Below are positions 42,601 to 57,157 of a DNA stretch of 64,000 nt, in pieces. The notes under the pieces were generated by a model that ran no database searches, was not told the DNA's origin, and worked only from the letters and a program-made list of their open reading frames with translations. The position numbers and the translations under genes are program-made. Every line of letters begins with the position of its first letter. The first letter of the stretch is position 1. This DNA is from Monocercomonoides exilis PA203 (taxonomy: Eukaryota; Protista; Preaxostyla), in NCBI GenBank assembly GCA_001643675.2, contig LSRY02000027.1, positions 1,054,001 through 1,118,000 on the forward strand. Direction: 5' to 3'.

Positions 42601-45600
42601 CTGTGTGAAAATTCAGCATTTCTATGGAACAAAAGAAGAAGCAGTGAGGCAGAAGATGATGAGAGAGAAAGAACAGAGGGAGAAAGCACAGATGGAGAGG
42701 ACGATTAGAGAGCTGAGAATGAAAGAGAGAGAAAGAATGCGCTCCGCACAGAATCAGACGATTTTGCCGCATTTTACGTCACAAACCTCTTCTTCTTCTT
42801 CTTCCTCCTCCTCCTCCTCCTCTTCTCCTTCTCCCTCACCCTCCCCATCTCCATCTCCTTCCCCCTCTCCTTCTCTCTCTGCTTCTCCTTCAATGAATTC
42901 TCTTTCTCCTTCTGTTGGAATCCCCCTGCCCCACACACAACTAGCCACTTTACACCCATCCGCCTGCCTTGTTCCTTCGATGCAGGGAATTTTGATGGAG
43001 AATGTGAGAAGGTCAGACGAAGAAGAAGAGAAAAGGAGGAAAGAGAAGAGGAAGATGAATAGAGGAGGTATTAGTTCATCTGAAGCAACGATTTTTGGGG
43101 ATATAAGCAGCGAAGAAGAAGAAGAAGAAGATGATGATGAATATGGAAGAGGAGGAAGAGGAAGAGAAAGAGGAAAAGGGAAAGGAAACAGAAAATTGGG
43201 GAAAAATTCCAAAAATCCGAAGTTTTTTGGTGCTGCTTCTGGTTTTCAAGGGCAAACAGCGCAAAACAACAATCTTTCTGCTTCTCAAAATTCATCCACA
43301 CAAATATCAACTTTGAATTCTCCATCAAAATATTTTCCTCAGCTTCATTTACCAAAAATCGTTCATTTTTCACCAAAACCAATCAAAAACCCAGCTTTTC
43401 TCTCTTCTTCTTCTTCTTCTTCTTCTCTTTCTTCTCTTTCTTCCTCTCTTTCCTCTTCTCTTTCTTCTCTTTCTCCTAATTCTTCGTCACAGCAACAGAC
43501 AAATATGTTCGATTCTTCCTTGTTTTTAGGCCAAAATGGAGTGTTTTTCCTATGGCCGACGTCGCTTCCTTTGCAGCAGCCAAATTGGAAGGTGATTGAC
43601 ACACAAGAAAGGCTGATTTTGATGAAAGAGAAAGAAGAAAGAAAGAGAAATGAAGAAGAGAGGAAGAAAGTGTGGCTGAAGATGAAGTATGAATGGAGAG
43701 AGGCGATGAGGAAGGAGAAGAGGAGGAGAGAGAAAGAAGAGAAGAGGAGGTTGAGGAAGATGATGAGGAGGAAGAAGAAAGAAGAAGGAGAAGTGAATGG
43801 AGCAGAAGGAAATGTTAATGAAGAAGAAAGAAAAAGAAAACAAGAAAGTTATGACAATGCAAATCTGAACAATAACAAGAAAAAGAAAAAGAAGAAGAAG
43901 AAGAAGAAGAAAAAGACAATTTCATCAGATGGTATGAATGAAAATGGATCTTCTGCATCACTTTTCAAGCTTCAAGCAACCAAAAATACACCAGAATCAA
44001 TTCTCTCTGTTTCTTCTACGTTTTCTCCTTCATCTCTGTCATCATCATCATCATCATCTTCTTCTTCTTCTTCTTCACCTTCATCATTTATTACTTCTTC
44101 TTCCCTCTCCTCCTCCTCCTCCTCCTCTTCTCTCCACAATCCCCTCATCCATCCAACAGCCACCACAAGCAGAGGCATCCTGCCAAACCTGCTCCAAACC
44201 CGTTCTCCTTCTCTTTCTGCCTTGACAAACCCATCTTCCCTCACCCAAATGACCAGAAACCGCTCTTCTTCCTTCCGCGCAGCCATTTCGAGACCTCCTC
44301 TGTATCGCCAGCTGACTCCGTATGTGAATCATTCCCCTTCTGAAATCGCTACCCCGTTCACTGTGGAAGAGCTTAGACACATTTTCCATTCAGTTGCTTA
44401 CCCTCTGCACGATCTAAATCCGACTCTTCCTCTGCCTTCGTTCAAGCTGACAAGAGCAACCGCTTTATTTCTGTCGGCAAACAAGCTGAGGAACAAGAGA
44501 ATCGAAAGAGAAGATTGCAGAAAAGATAAGTTTGCGCTGTTGAAGCTGCTGATGGTTGAATGGATGGCAGAGAAGGAGCAAAGATGCAAAATTGGGGAGA
44601 AGATGAGAAAGGAAGAGGAGGCGAAGGAGGAAGAGAGGAAGATGAAGATGATTCCGGGTTATACGAATAAGATGGATTATGAAGCAGATGATGAAGAGGA
44701 AAGGAGGTATTTTGAAAGGAAAGCAAAGGAAAAGAAGGAGAAAGAGGAGAAAGAGAGAAAGAAGAAGGAGAGGAGGAAGAAAGAGGAGGAAGAAGAAGAT
44801 GATGGAGAGGAATACGAATATGAATGGATAACTGCAGATGATGATGATGATGATGCTGAAGAATATTATTCTGAAGAAGAAGAAGAGGAAGAAGAAAGTG
44901 AATCAAGCAGTGAAAGCAACCAACAGGCGGACAAAGACAGCTACGATGAGTCAATCGACTCTTCATTGACGGAATATGACGTGTTGTATGACGAAGTGAA
45001 CATGCAAAGTGAAACAAGCGGAAGCGACGAAGAAAGCGATGGCAGCGAAAAAGATGATTGGGCAGATGATGTGATGCTGGTGGATGAAGGTGTGGTGGAT
45101 TCGTATCCGCTTTCATCGGCGCAATCTTCTTCTTCTTCTTCTTCCTCAGCGATAGCAGGAGATGGAGGAAATGTTCAGGGAAATATGCCAAATTCTTTGA
45201 GCGCAGTGGGTGTGGCAAGAACAGGAAAGGGAAGTTTCTCTTCTTCTTCCTCCTCTACTTCTTTGAATTCTTCTAGTTCTTTTTCTCGCCATCGCACAAT
45301 CACAGGCTCACGTCCTAATGTGCTTGCATCCCCATCCACACGCAACACGCCCCCGCTCTTCCATTCTTCTTCATCGAGTTCTCATTCAATGAAGAACTCT
45401 TTCCCCTTTGACGATGCAAACTACGATGATGGCAGCGATGAGCATGTGGAATACCCCAGATTCACCTCTGCAACTGTCCCTCTTCCTTCTTCTCGTCCTG
45501 CGCTGTTTCTTCTGTTGGAAGTGCATCGAAGAACAACCTATCATCCGCCTGATGAGAACAAAGTGAAAGAAGAAGCAGAAAAGAAAGAGGAGGAGATGAA

Positions 45601-48600
45601 ACTGAAGGATGCGTTCTATTTGAAAGTGTGGAACGAACAGCAGGAAAAGATGAGGGCGATTGAGAAGGAGAAAGAAAGAGAAGAGGTTTCTATGACCCCT
45701 CAAAGTGTGTCTTCTCCTATTCCGCCTGTAAATTCTCCTCTTCCGCCGTATTCTCCTTCTTCTCCTCATCCTTCAGTAAGACAGCATCTTCAGCCTTCTA
45801 ATTCTTCTGCTTCTTCTTCCTCTTCTTCCTCTTCATCTTCTCTTGCAGACAACCAGGGTTTGGTTCAATCATCATCACCATTTCCTTCCTATTTGTCTGT
45901 CACTCAAGTTTCTACAATGAATAATTCAAACAGAGCTACCCCTCAACATCATTTGTCCCAATCAACAACATCTTTAACTTCCCCTTCTATTTCTGCTTCT
46001 TCTATTTCTTTTGCTTCTTCCTCTTCTTTCTCTTCTTCCAATGAACAAAACATCAGCAGGCAGAAGAATCTATCAAGAGGCGATTTCAATGCTCTGTTGC
46101 AGGATTACATAAACGAAAGAAACAACGAGAAAACGGCAGAACAAGAAGCAGTTACTCGCTTTCTCTCTTGTTATGAGTCAACGATCTCATTCAAGCTTCG
46201 CTTTTTCGCACTCCCGTTCCATTTGTACATGCCATTCACTTTGATCAGCGATGTGATGGACTTTGCTGTTGAAGCTGTGTCGTTCTATGCGGATAAGAAA
46301 GAAGGGTTCGACATCAATTCCTTGTTTGCTCCGGCTGCTGGGGCTGTGAATGGTGTTTCTTCTTCTTCTTCTTCTCTTTCTTCTCTTTCATCATCATCAT
46401 CATCATCTTCTTCTTCTTCTTCAACTTCTCTTTCCTCTTCTCCACTCCAATCAGCCATTCAATCGCCTTTGCCGTCAAACCGCTCTCCAAACGATCCAAT
46501 CCATTCTTCGCTCAAATCTGCCATTGAAACAAGCATCGAAGACACGAATTCTTCTTTGCCTTCACAAAAAATGTTGCAAACACAGAAAAATGCACAAATA
46601 TTGTCTCAGTCCCAACCTCAGTCTCAATCACAAATGCAATTAATGGCAAAGGAACAGATCGGAATGGAGGAGAGAAAGCGAAGAGGATCAGTATCGACAC
46701 TCAGAATGGCTGAGACAAGGATGGAGAATGCGAATAATAACAGTGTGAATTCAAAGAATAATTATAACAATAATAACAATTATAATAGAGAAGGGCAACA
46801 AGAAGGAGAAAACAATGTTAACTCAAACGAAACAATAGCAAAACAAACAAAGGAGAAAAAAAATTCAAAGTCAGAAGGGTTTTTGCAGTCGATTTTGGGG
46901 GAGATAAGAAGTGGGCTTGAAGCCAATTCAACGAAGGACATTGTGTTTGAGATAAGTGATATGCTCATTGTAGTTCCATTGGACATCAAAGAAACAAATA
47001 GAAACTCCTCTTCTTCCTCTTCTTCTCCATCTTCTTCTTCTCTTTCTCTTTCTCTTTCTCCTTCTTCCTCTCTCTCTCAGTTATCTCCATTTTCTCCAGA
47101 GCTTACTCCTTCTCTCTCGTCTTCTCTTTCCACTTTATCCGAATCACCAAATGTGCATTCAATGAGCATTGACTCACAAAATTCCAATCCTTTTTCATCT
47201 TCTCACCAGAAATTCACACGAACAATGACGGTTTCAGATGAGCTGTCACCTTTTGCGTCAAATAGAACGATGACTTTGACACAATACAGATCGCCTTTGC
47301 CTCATTCTGCTCTTTCTTCTTCAAATTCTGACAATTTTGTTTCTTTTGGTTCACTCAACACTCAACCAACAATATCTCCTTCTCCTTCCTCTTCCTCTCC
47401 TTCTTCCTCTCGTTTCCTCCCTCCCCAAGCTAATGATGCTCTTTCTCTTCCTCCTTCGGCCACGCAAGATTCGATTTTTGTGCCAAAATCAACAGTTGTG
47501 AATGCTCCTCTAATAGCAGTGCATATTGGCCCAATTGTTCTGAGGGGAATAACGCCAGAGTCAGAAGAGAAGAGGAAGAAGGAGAAGGAGAAGAAAGAGG
47601 AGAAGGAGAAAGAAAGAAGAATTAGAGAAGAAGAAAGAGCTGCGCAGAAGGAGAGGAAGAGAAAAATGATTGAAGAAAAATTGCGATTGAAGGAAATGAA
47701 GCAAAAAAATAATCATAATTTGCCTTCTTCTTCCCCCTCCTCTTCGCAATCCAACATCGATCAATCATCAAACCCCTCTGTTCGAGCTCGTTCATTCTCT
47801 TCTGCCTCTTCTTCCACAACGGGATCATTGAACTTACGCCATCATGTTCCTCCTCCGCCTCCATCTTCTTCTTTATCTTCTTCTTCTTCTTCTTCTTCTT
47901 CCTCAAAAGAACGCAAACGTTCCGACTTATCCATCCAATCACCTTCATCATCATCTTATTCTTCTCCTCTCATCACTTCTCCATATACTCCTCCTTTGCC
48001 TTCCATGTACCCTTCTTCTCCTGCTCCTTCCACACCCACCCAATCTCCTTCTCCTCATCCTTCCTTCTTGTCCCAATCTCCTCCTGCTTATTCCCCAACC
48101 CCTCAAGACAATTCATCCTCTTCCTCTGTTTGCTTGCCTGCTCCTCCAAAGATAGAAGACTTCTACACTTCTCTTCTTCTAGCCACTGGAACAATCGACG
48201 GCGTGTTTGTGGCTTTGTTCAATCCTGATCGTTTTTGCTGGCAATTTCTGGTTAACCCAATTCATGCTGATATTTCTGCACAAGCAAGAATTCCTCAAAA
48301 GAGATCAGCGATTGGAAGGCTGTTGGATGAGTTTGTGAGAAGCAGAGCAGCTTTTGCTGAGGGAAGAAGGGAGGAAAGGAATGAAAGGAAGGAAGAGGAA
48401 GGAGAGGAAGGGGAAGAAGTGGGCTGGAGTGAACAAGAAGGGGAAAGGAGTAGAGAAGGAGGAGGAAATCATGAGAGAGATATTAATAATAGTAATGGTA
48501 ATAGTAATATTGCTGGCTATTCAAAGCTTCAATTCCCACAATTGCCTGTTTCCACTCGTATTTCTTCGCTTCAATCGCCCACAAACACAGTTGGCTCAAT

Positions 48601-51600
48601 TTCGAATCTTCCTTCTTCTTCTTCTTCTTCTCATTCAACCGCACAATTCCCTCAAATCAGCACTCACCAAAGAGAAGCCTTTGGTTCTCTTACTCCTTTC
48701 CCTATCTCTTCTTCTGAAATGAACTTGCAATCCAATCAAAATGACACTGCAAATTTTGCTCTTCATCGAACTGTCAGCTCATTCCCACCATCTTTGCCTC
48801 CTTCTTCCTCTCTTTCCACTTCTTCTCTTTCTCTTTCACATTCTTCCTCCTCCTCCTCCTCCTCTTCTTCTTCTTTGCATTCTTATTCTCCTGCTCCTTC
48901 TGTTCAAAGAGCAGCATTAACACCAGCGTTTTATCAGCCACCTTCTCAGAATTCTTCATTGCCTTCTTCAACTTCTTCTTCTTCTTTGTCTTCCTCTTTA
49001 GCTTCTTCTTTGATTCCCTCTGCTTCATACACCCCTCCCCTCACGCCAACCCCTTCACTCACCCCATTCCTATCTCAATCTTCTCAATTTTTCCCTTCTT
49101 CTTCTCCATCTCTCATCAACAGCGCATTTTCTTCTATTGATTCCGACGTTGCATTCATTCTCGATGCCATCAAACGCAATCCTTTGACCCTTCGCCTTGT
49201 TGTCCACACACACAACGTGGATATTTCCTTCCGCCGGTCGCAAACATTTCTGTTGCGTTCAGTCATCACTTCGATCATTGCAGCGATTGAGGCAGAGAAG
49301 GAGAAGATATTTGAAAGAGCTCTGTCGCTTATTCCAACCTCGGCGGTTGATAAGTTCATTGAGGCGATGGCGCCGAGGAAGATAAAAGACCAGAAGAAAG
49401 AGGCCGAACTGAAAATGAAAGAGGAGAAGAGAGAGAAAGTGGCAATGATAGAAGAAAAAGAGAAGGAGAAAGAAGGGGAAGAAGAGAGAGAAGAGAAGGA
49501 TGTGATTGCGAGATTCCGGACAGCTGTGCCATTTCGCAGCGACACAGCAGCTTTGCCAGGGCGGAAATCGTTTTCTTCAGGAAAGACACCTGCACTGAGC
49601 CAAAGAAATGTGAAAACGCCTCTTTTGCCTGGAGTTAGAAGAGGAGTTACGCCAGGTGCTTCGGCGGGGGCTGGTGTGTTGAGTGGGGCAGGGAGAAGTT
49701 TGACGCCAAATTGCAATGGACAAGCGAAGAATTCAGTGCAAATGCAATTGCATATGCAGCAACAGATGCAGCAACAAAACACAGATTTTGAGATTCCGTT
49801 TGCTTTGAGAAATTCACAGAGCACTTTGTTTGAGTCATCATCGACACCTTTTATTCAATCACAACCACAAACCTCTGTAAAGCAAACAAACATCTTCGAT
49901 AATTTCAAAAGTCAACTAAGTTCTGATTCATCATCATCTTCCTCCTCCTCCTCTTCTTCTTCCTCTTCCTTCTTCACATTAGAGCCCCTTTTTTACTTCG
50001 ACCGAATAACTGCTTCCTTCTCAGCTGGTTTTGACTGGCTGCATTCCATCCAGAAGATAACATCACTTTATCCTCCTGTGACTCCTCCACAGCCTGTTGC
50101 AAGGCCACAATGGAAAAGACACATCATGAGGAGGATTTTGGAGCTGGCAAAACAGGAGCCCCCGCCTTTCCAGAAGCAGACGAAGAAGATGAAGGAGGTG
50201 TGGAGAAAATGAGATGAGAATATGGATGGGATTTTTTTTTGGGATTTAATTTGGTAAAAGGATTTTTTTTCTGTTTTTCTCTTTTCTTTTTCTTTTTTTC
50301 TTTTTCTTTTTCTTTTTTAAAAAGAAACATTTTTGAAACTTTCTTTTTTTTGAATGAATTTATATCAAATTATTTTTTATTTTCATATTCTCTTAATATC
50401 TTTAATTATTTCCTCCTTATTTGTATTATATCTTTTCAAATTTATTCATCCTTTTTTTTTTAATTTTTTAGGTTCCATTTCTGATATTCGACATCGAGAA
50501 CGCCACAATGACAATCAAAAATTCCGTTTCCAAAGTGACTCCTTCGCCTGCTGCTCTGATCCTTCGCTCAATCTTCGCAAACCAAGACGATGAAACAAAT
50601 TCACAATTGGCTTCTTCAACATCTTCAACAGCGATAAATTCAACATCCCAAATGGAATTTTCAGAAGAAGAGAACAGAAATAGAGGAATAACACAAACAA
50701 TGACCCCTTCTTTGAATAAAAACTTGCGTTCTTTTGCAAATTCAACTGATTTATCGTGTTCTCCTTTGTCTTCTTCTTCTTCTTCTTCTTCTTCTTCTTC
50801 TTCTTCCATTTCAACTTCCTCCTCCTCCTCCTCATCATCATCATCATCATCATCAGATGGTACTTCTTCCCAGTCCTCCAATGAATTGGAATGGGGAATA
50901 ATGGTTTTGACTGTTGAAGCAGAGAAAATCGATATTGCTACGCCTTTACTGAAGAACATGATGGAAGAGAGGAAGATGCTGTGGCAGAAGAAAGAATTTG
51001 ACTCAGTTTTGATCGAAAACGACGAGTTGGAAGAAAGAGAGAGGAAAAGAGAGGCGAAGAAGAAGAAAGTGGCACAAGAACTGGAGAGGTTGAAGAGGTT
51101 GCACGTGCAAAGAGAAGAAGAGAAGAAGAGGAAAGAGAGAGAAGAAGAATTGGAGCAGCTGAAGAAGGAAGACTGGGTGATTGCAGATGAAAAAGAAGTT
51201 GAAAGAGAAAGAGAAAGAGAAAAAGAAAAAGAAAGAGAAAGAGAAAAAGAAAGAGAAAGAGAAGAGGAAGAAGACATTGAAGGAGTTGAATTAATCGGAG
51301 TTGAAGATATTTACGAAGAAGACAGAAGTAAGACACAAAGAAATACAACAAATTCAGATGGATCCGTTTCTTCTTCAGCAGAACAATCGATTCGTTCTGG
51401 AATGAGCAAAGAAGAAAAAGAGAAAGAAGAGCTTTTGAAGCTTGTGCTAACAAAAGAACAGCCTTGTCCGCCTCCTCCGCTGATGATGAACACACTCAGA
51501 AGCAGCGGAACTTATTCAAATGGGCAACTTTCTTCTGATAACACTTCAACTTCAAATTCTTCTTCTTCCTCCTCTTCTTCTTCCTCTTCCTCTTCATCTT

Positions 51601-54600
51601 CTTTTTCTTCTCCATCTCAATCTTCATCTCATTCACCTTCTCATTCTCCCACACATTCACCTCAAGAAACACCTCACACTCTCTCCCTCTCCCAAACCAG
51701 TCAAAATGAACACTCCACAACACTCTCTAATCAACACATCACTCCACAACAAAATTTGAACCAGCATTCTTCTTCTCCTTCTAATTCTCCTTCTCAACAC
51801 AATTCTCAACCAAATTCAAATTCTCATTCACTTCTTCATTCTCAAGCACAGACACAATCACAATCACAATCACAATCGCATTCACATTCACATCCACCCC
51901 AATCTTCCCCTGTCTCCCTCACACATCACCGCCCAACCCTTTCTCCTGCTTCGATCGATGGTCTGCCTTCTCCAACGATCTCTTCACACATCAACAGAAC
52001 TTCGCAAAGAATTGCCTCAAGACCTTCTTCACGTGCTTCTCTTTCGCCCACTGCTTTTGCTTCTTCTCACCTCAACAACACAAGAAGAGCACGAAGCACT
52101 ACACCTCAATTGTCACAAGCACATTTGTCTCCTTATTCTCCTTATTATCATTCTTCTCGTTCTTCTCCTTCTCCTTCTCTGTCTGCTTCTGCTTCTGCTT
52201 CAATGAATAATTCTATTTCTCTCCAGCAGACTTCAATGAATGCAAATGCAAATACAAATACATATGCAAATGCCAGTCAAACAACCGAATCTGCACTGAA
52301 CTTCCGTAATCCACCCCCGACTGATCCTTCACTTAAACAGAAGATGATTTCATTCACTTTGAAGCTCCCCAATCGCATTCCAGCTTCTTTTGTATATCCA
52401 ACTGCGATTTCGAAGGAAATGGGCTTTCGAATCTGGAAGAGGAACGAAGAGCGGAAGTTGAAGGAGAAGCAGAAGCTTGCCAGGAGATTGAAGAGGAGGG
52501 AGAGGAGAGAGAAGAAGAAGCAGCGGTTGCGGGAGGAGAGGAAAAGGAGGAGTGCAAATGGGGTGTTTGCGATGGAGGCAGTGAATGAAGGAGCAGAAGA
52601 TGAAGATGAAGTGAGGGAGTTTAAGAGATGGTTTGGGGTGACTGACTTTGCTGATGAGGAGGAGCTGTTGGGAGAACAGGATGAGCTAGAAGAGGAAGAA
52701 GAGGAAGGAGAAAGAGGAAGAGGAAGAGGAGGAAGAGGAGGAGAAGAAGGAGAGGAAAAACATGCAAGAGAAGAGAGTGAGCTAAGCACAAGTGACTACG
52801 AAAGCTTTGACAGTGAGTTCTTGGATGAAGAAGGAGAATTCATTGACTTGGAAGAAGAGATCGGAGATGAGCAGAATGAAGGCACTCCACAAATTGGCAA
52901 AGGCGAAAGGAAAATGCCTTTGGCATTCGATGGAACACCCAATTTGACTGCAAATGGGGTGAATGAAGCTGCAGAAAGTGATCAGTTTAAGCCAGAAGTG
53001 CTGAGATTGCAAGAGGCAGAGGAACCAGAATGGGGAAATGGAAATAACAGAACGAATGTGTTTGAGAATGAAAACGGAAGAGAAAAGGGAATTAGAGAAA
53101 AAGGAGATGTTGAAAGAGGGTTAAGTGGAACTGGGCTGGTAGCGCCTTCAGCTCGCAAAGTTAGTGCAGATATTGAGGAACAAGGGAATGAATCACCAAT
53201 TTCTGCTCATTCATCCAATTTATCTGAGAATTTAGATCAAACAATTAGCAATTCTCAATCATCATCATCTTCTTCTTCATTATCTTCATCATCATCAACA
53301 TCATCACTAACAAATGCTTCTTCTTTGCTTGCTGCTCCCTCCCCCGTTGCCATGCGTGTTCTCCCAGTTCTGCCTCAAGCAGCAAATTTCTTACCTTCAG
53401 TAATTCTATCAAAACAGCACGTTGAGCAGCAGTTCAATCAACAGAACGGAACACAGCAAACTCCAAAGGCTCAATCAAATAGCAAAATTTCAGCTGAAAA
53501 TGATTCATCTACATCATCATCATTGCAACAATCTGAATTCTTGTTGGCTTCTCCTTCAAATGCAAATCAGTCAGCATTCACACAGCCAAATAAAGCTCAA
53601 CAAAAGGAAGTTGTTCAGACAGATACAAATACGAGGATTAATACACCCTCAATTGATGCAATAAGTAAATCACCAACATCTTCAAGCATTGTTCCAGGTG
53701 ATCTAAATGCTTCTTTTGAAGATGTTGCTATGCCTTCTTCTTCTTCTTCTTCAAATTTTCTCGAAAGAAAAGCCACAGAGCTAGTAGATCCGAATGTTGA
53801 GTCCCTTCTTCAATCAATGGAGACAATGACAATTGATGAGCTTGATCTGCTTAATCGCTTGACACAGATGACACTTGTTCCGCCAATGGTGTATGAGTTC
53901 GTGATCAACAACTCGAATCTCTTCTTCTCCACAGCTGTGCCTGCAGTCATCCAGTTTCTGATGCTGTTTATGCCTATTCCGCAGGTTGATCGTGTTCCTT
54001 CTCCGCTTCTGATGGACTTCTATTTGAACAACGTGAGTGTGATTGTGGGGACGGGGGATGTGGGAGAGAGGAGGATGAGGTGGATGGAGAGGAAGTTTAG
54101 ACAGAGAGGAGGAAGAGGAGAGGAAGAAGGGAAAGGGAAAAGTGAGGAAGAGAAGAAAGAAGAGGAGGAAGAGAAAAAGGAAGAGAAAGAAGAAGAGGAA
54201 AATCGAAGAGAGAGAAAAGAAAAGCACATCTGTGATGAACTTTCAGATGAAGACGAGATTTTCAGTTCGGATGAGTCAGTTGCTCAGCGTGAAGCAGAAG
54301 CAGAAGAAGAAGATGTGCAGACAGCAATTGCTCTGAGTCTGAGTGAGATGAAAGATGGGAATGCAGAACAGAATTCATATGCATCATCATCTTCATCTGC
54401 TTCTGCTTCTTCATCGGCAGATTCACAGAAGAACAAACCGCTTGTGTCACCACCAACACTTGGAGGCTCACCTTCTGTTAGTCCACATCGCTCGCCTTTG
54501 GTGCGCCAGCATTCGAATATCAGCAGCCCTCTGTTTAGTTCTCCTCCTTCATCTCCTCCTAACAAGCAATCAACTTCATCATCATCTTCTTCTTCCTCTT

Positions 54601-56972
54601 CCTCTTCTTTTCTCTCTTCGTCCCAATCAAAACAAACAGACGCTTATTCATTTGCCTCAAATGGAGTTTCAGACAAAAAGAAAATACAACATTCTTCTAT
54701 TTCTTCTTCTTCTTCTGCTGCTGCTTCGAAGCAGCAAAGCATATCTGTCTCGTTTGCAAGTGCTTCGCAAGGCTCTCACAATACGCACAATTCACAAGCT
54801 CAACAGAAGCAACAACAATCGCAACGCCACCCAAGGCGCCATGCTTCAAATGCCTCCTCTACGACTTCTCTGTTTGTTGTCGAGTTTGACGAGTTTGCGA
54901 TGGAAATGGACATGTGCAATCCGGTGCAAGGGACAACGAAGATGCTGATTGACTCATCTTTGTGTGGAATAGAGCGGATGAACTGGATGAATGCCCTGGG
55001 GAAGAAGAAGTGCGAGGGGAAGCAGGGAACGAGCGAAAGAAAGGGAAGAGGAGGGAAGGAGAAAGAGAAAGAAAGAGAGAAGGAGAAAGAAAACAGAAGA
55101 GTGAAAGGACAAGCTAACAGGAAAAATGAGATTCGAACAAAGTTATCTGCTTTATCTTCATTTTTGCTAACTCAGTTGAATATGAACAATACATCAGAGG
55201 TTGATCCATCATCATTATCATCGTCATCCACAGCCCTTCTCTCCAAACAGAGCTTTTCCAACAGCAATGCCTCGTTTAGTCGGATGCCCATGTCAGCCCA
55301 CACGTTTTTCATCGCGCCCTTCCGTCTTCTCTACCAAATGACCCTCATCCCGTTCACCTCTCTCACGTATCCTGCTGCCTCTGACGAGACCATGCCGATG
55401 TCTGACTTCGACCTCCACTTCATCCCAACCACTTGCTTCCCGCAGCTGCAGAAGACGTGGAGCGACTGGCGCAGCGAGGCAAAGATTGCTCAGCTTGGCG
55501 GTTCTGTTGCTTCCTTTGAGCAGAACAGAGGAAGAGAGCGATGGGGGAATGCGAGCGCTTCGAACGGGATGCGGATGAAAGGGGCGTTTGGAAGGCAGAA
55601 AAACGCAGATTCGACAGTAATGGCACTGCATTCTCTGATGCAAGGGCTGCTTCTGCCTCTTGCTTCTTCACAGCGCGCTTCAACGCCCGCGCTGCCTTCA
55701 TATTCGCCTTCGCCTTCTCCTTTTCCTTCACATTTTCCTTCTTCTTCTTCTTCCACTTCACTTTCAGTTCCATCTCAATCACAACGTAGAACACCAACTC
55801 CTATTTCTTCTGTGCCACAGCCACTCAATCAGAATTCTTTAGATGCGTCATCGTTATCTTCTTCTTCTTCTTCACCTCCTCCTCCAAATCCTCTTTCCTA
55901 TGAAAAGCTCAAGCAGTTCAATGCCCACCTGAATTTCCCTTCGTTCCACCATTCTGAAGTGCTTGGCTCGTTCATCCAGTCGATCATCGACTTCACCTCT
56001 TCTCTGAGTGCCTTGCTCAGCCACGGCGGGGAAGACACCCACGAATTGCTGATGAAAGTGACTGAGACGCAGAGCGAGATGCACAAGAAGCAGCTGGATT
56101 GGGAGCGGAAGCAGGATGTTGTGCATGACCTGAAGAAGAAAGAGGAAGAGGAGAAGAGGCATTTGATGATCGTGGAGAAGGAGAAGGAGAAGATGGAGAA
56201 GGATAAAAATGTGAATTCGGCTTTTGCGAACATTACGGTGAATCCAACGTTAGCTCCTTTGATGCTTCCTTCACAGGTTTTGAAATCAAATTTGTTGTCT
56301 TCTTCTTCTTCTTTAATGAATGATCATCGTTTTTCTTCGCATTTTCTTTTTGAAGAAAAGGGGGAAACAGAAGAGGAGAAAGAGAGAAAAGAAGAAGTTG
56401 AAGCAGCAAAAGAAGAAGAAAAGAACCGAAAACGGGAGGAAGAAGCGGAAGCGATTATCAAGTTAATGCCACCTGTGAAGTCGCTCGACTATCATCTTTT
56501 CCAGTCCTTCCCTCCATTCCTGCAGAAGTCTGATGTTGCAGATGCGCTGGATTCACAAGAAGGAGCAGAGGGCAGAAGAGGGGAAGGCGAAGAAAGTGGC
56601 TCTGAGATGAGCTCAAATGTGTCAGCAGACCCAGATGATAGCGACACGCTTGATGAGCTGTCGTTCTCTTCTCACTCGCCTTCACAGTCCCCATCTCAGT
56701 CTCCGTCGCAATCTCTGTTTCATTCCAGCGAGGATGAAAATGCAGAAGAGAAAAGAAGAGAAAGAAAAAGGAAAAAAAGATTGGAAAGAGAAAAAGCGGA
56801 GCTTCAAAACGTTGACGATGAGCATTATCTTATGGTTTCAAAAAATGCAGTTGTTTTAATGAAAAGTGAAATTGAACGACTTAGAATGGAAATAGACAAA
56901 AATTCTGAGTTTATTCAGTTAATTGCAAAGGAAAAAGAGATTGCATTTCTGAGAGCAGAAGGAATGAGTTAA
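38449..56972 (+). CDS. Giant bridge-like lipid transfer protein, chorein-N family, BLTP3 (UHRF1BP1/SHIP164)-like, about 5,900 aa, 8 exons
   Basis: Spliced N-terminus MISQFVGRYLEPFILNYNPQSVDISILNGKAVLSNVELNCEYITKMFHIPFFLECVRCSKMYLRLPITSFGTEPLMISINQV resembles chorein-N. Then FVERILTYCRIEIRDISL, LLLYSTDSNW, HKELIIGSI. Frame-preserving GT-AG introns 39183-39258, 39552-39624, 40180-40372, 50198-50471. C-terminal coiled coil; no VAB/PH recognised. Confidence 0.75.
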
Positions 56973-57150
56973 AAAAATTTTTTTTTGTTTAACATATAAT
57001 TTTTGATAACAAGACTTTAAAATTTTTAAAAATGTTAACTATGATAACCAGAAAAAGTTATCTTGCTTTTTGATTTTTTTGCAAACATACAAATTATTTT
57101 TATTTCAAAGTTGGTTGTTGTTTCAAACAATTGTTATTCACAAAATAGAT

Positions 57151-57155
57151 AAAAA
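57151..57155 (-). terminator. RNA Pol III oligo-T terminator of tRNA-Phe
   Basis: TTTTT 2 nt after the discriminator base on the minus strand. Confidence 0.7.
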
Positions 57156-57157
57156 TT

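Noticed and set aside
40430-56972. Treating the 3260-aa and 2154-aa ORFs as separate genes
   Set aside because: A phase-0 GT-AG intron (50198-50471) joins them in frame.
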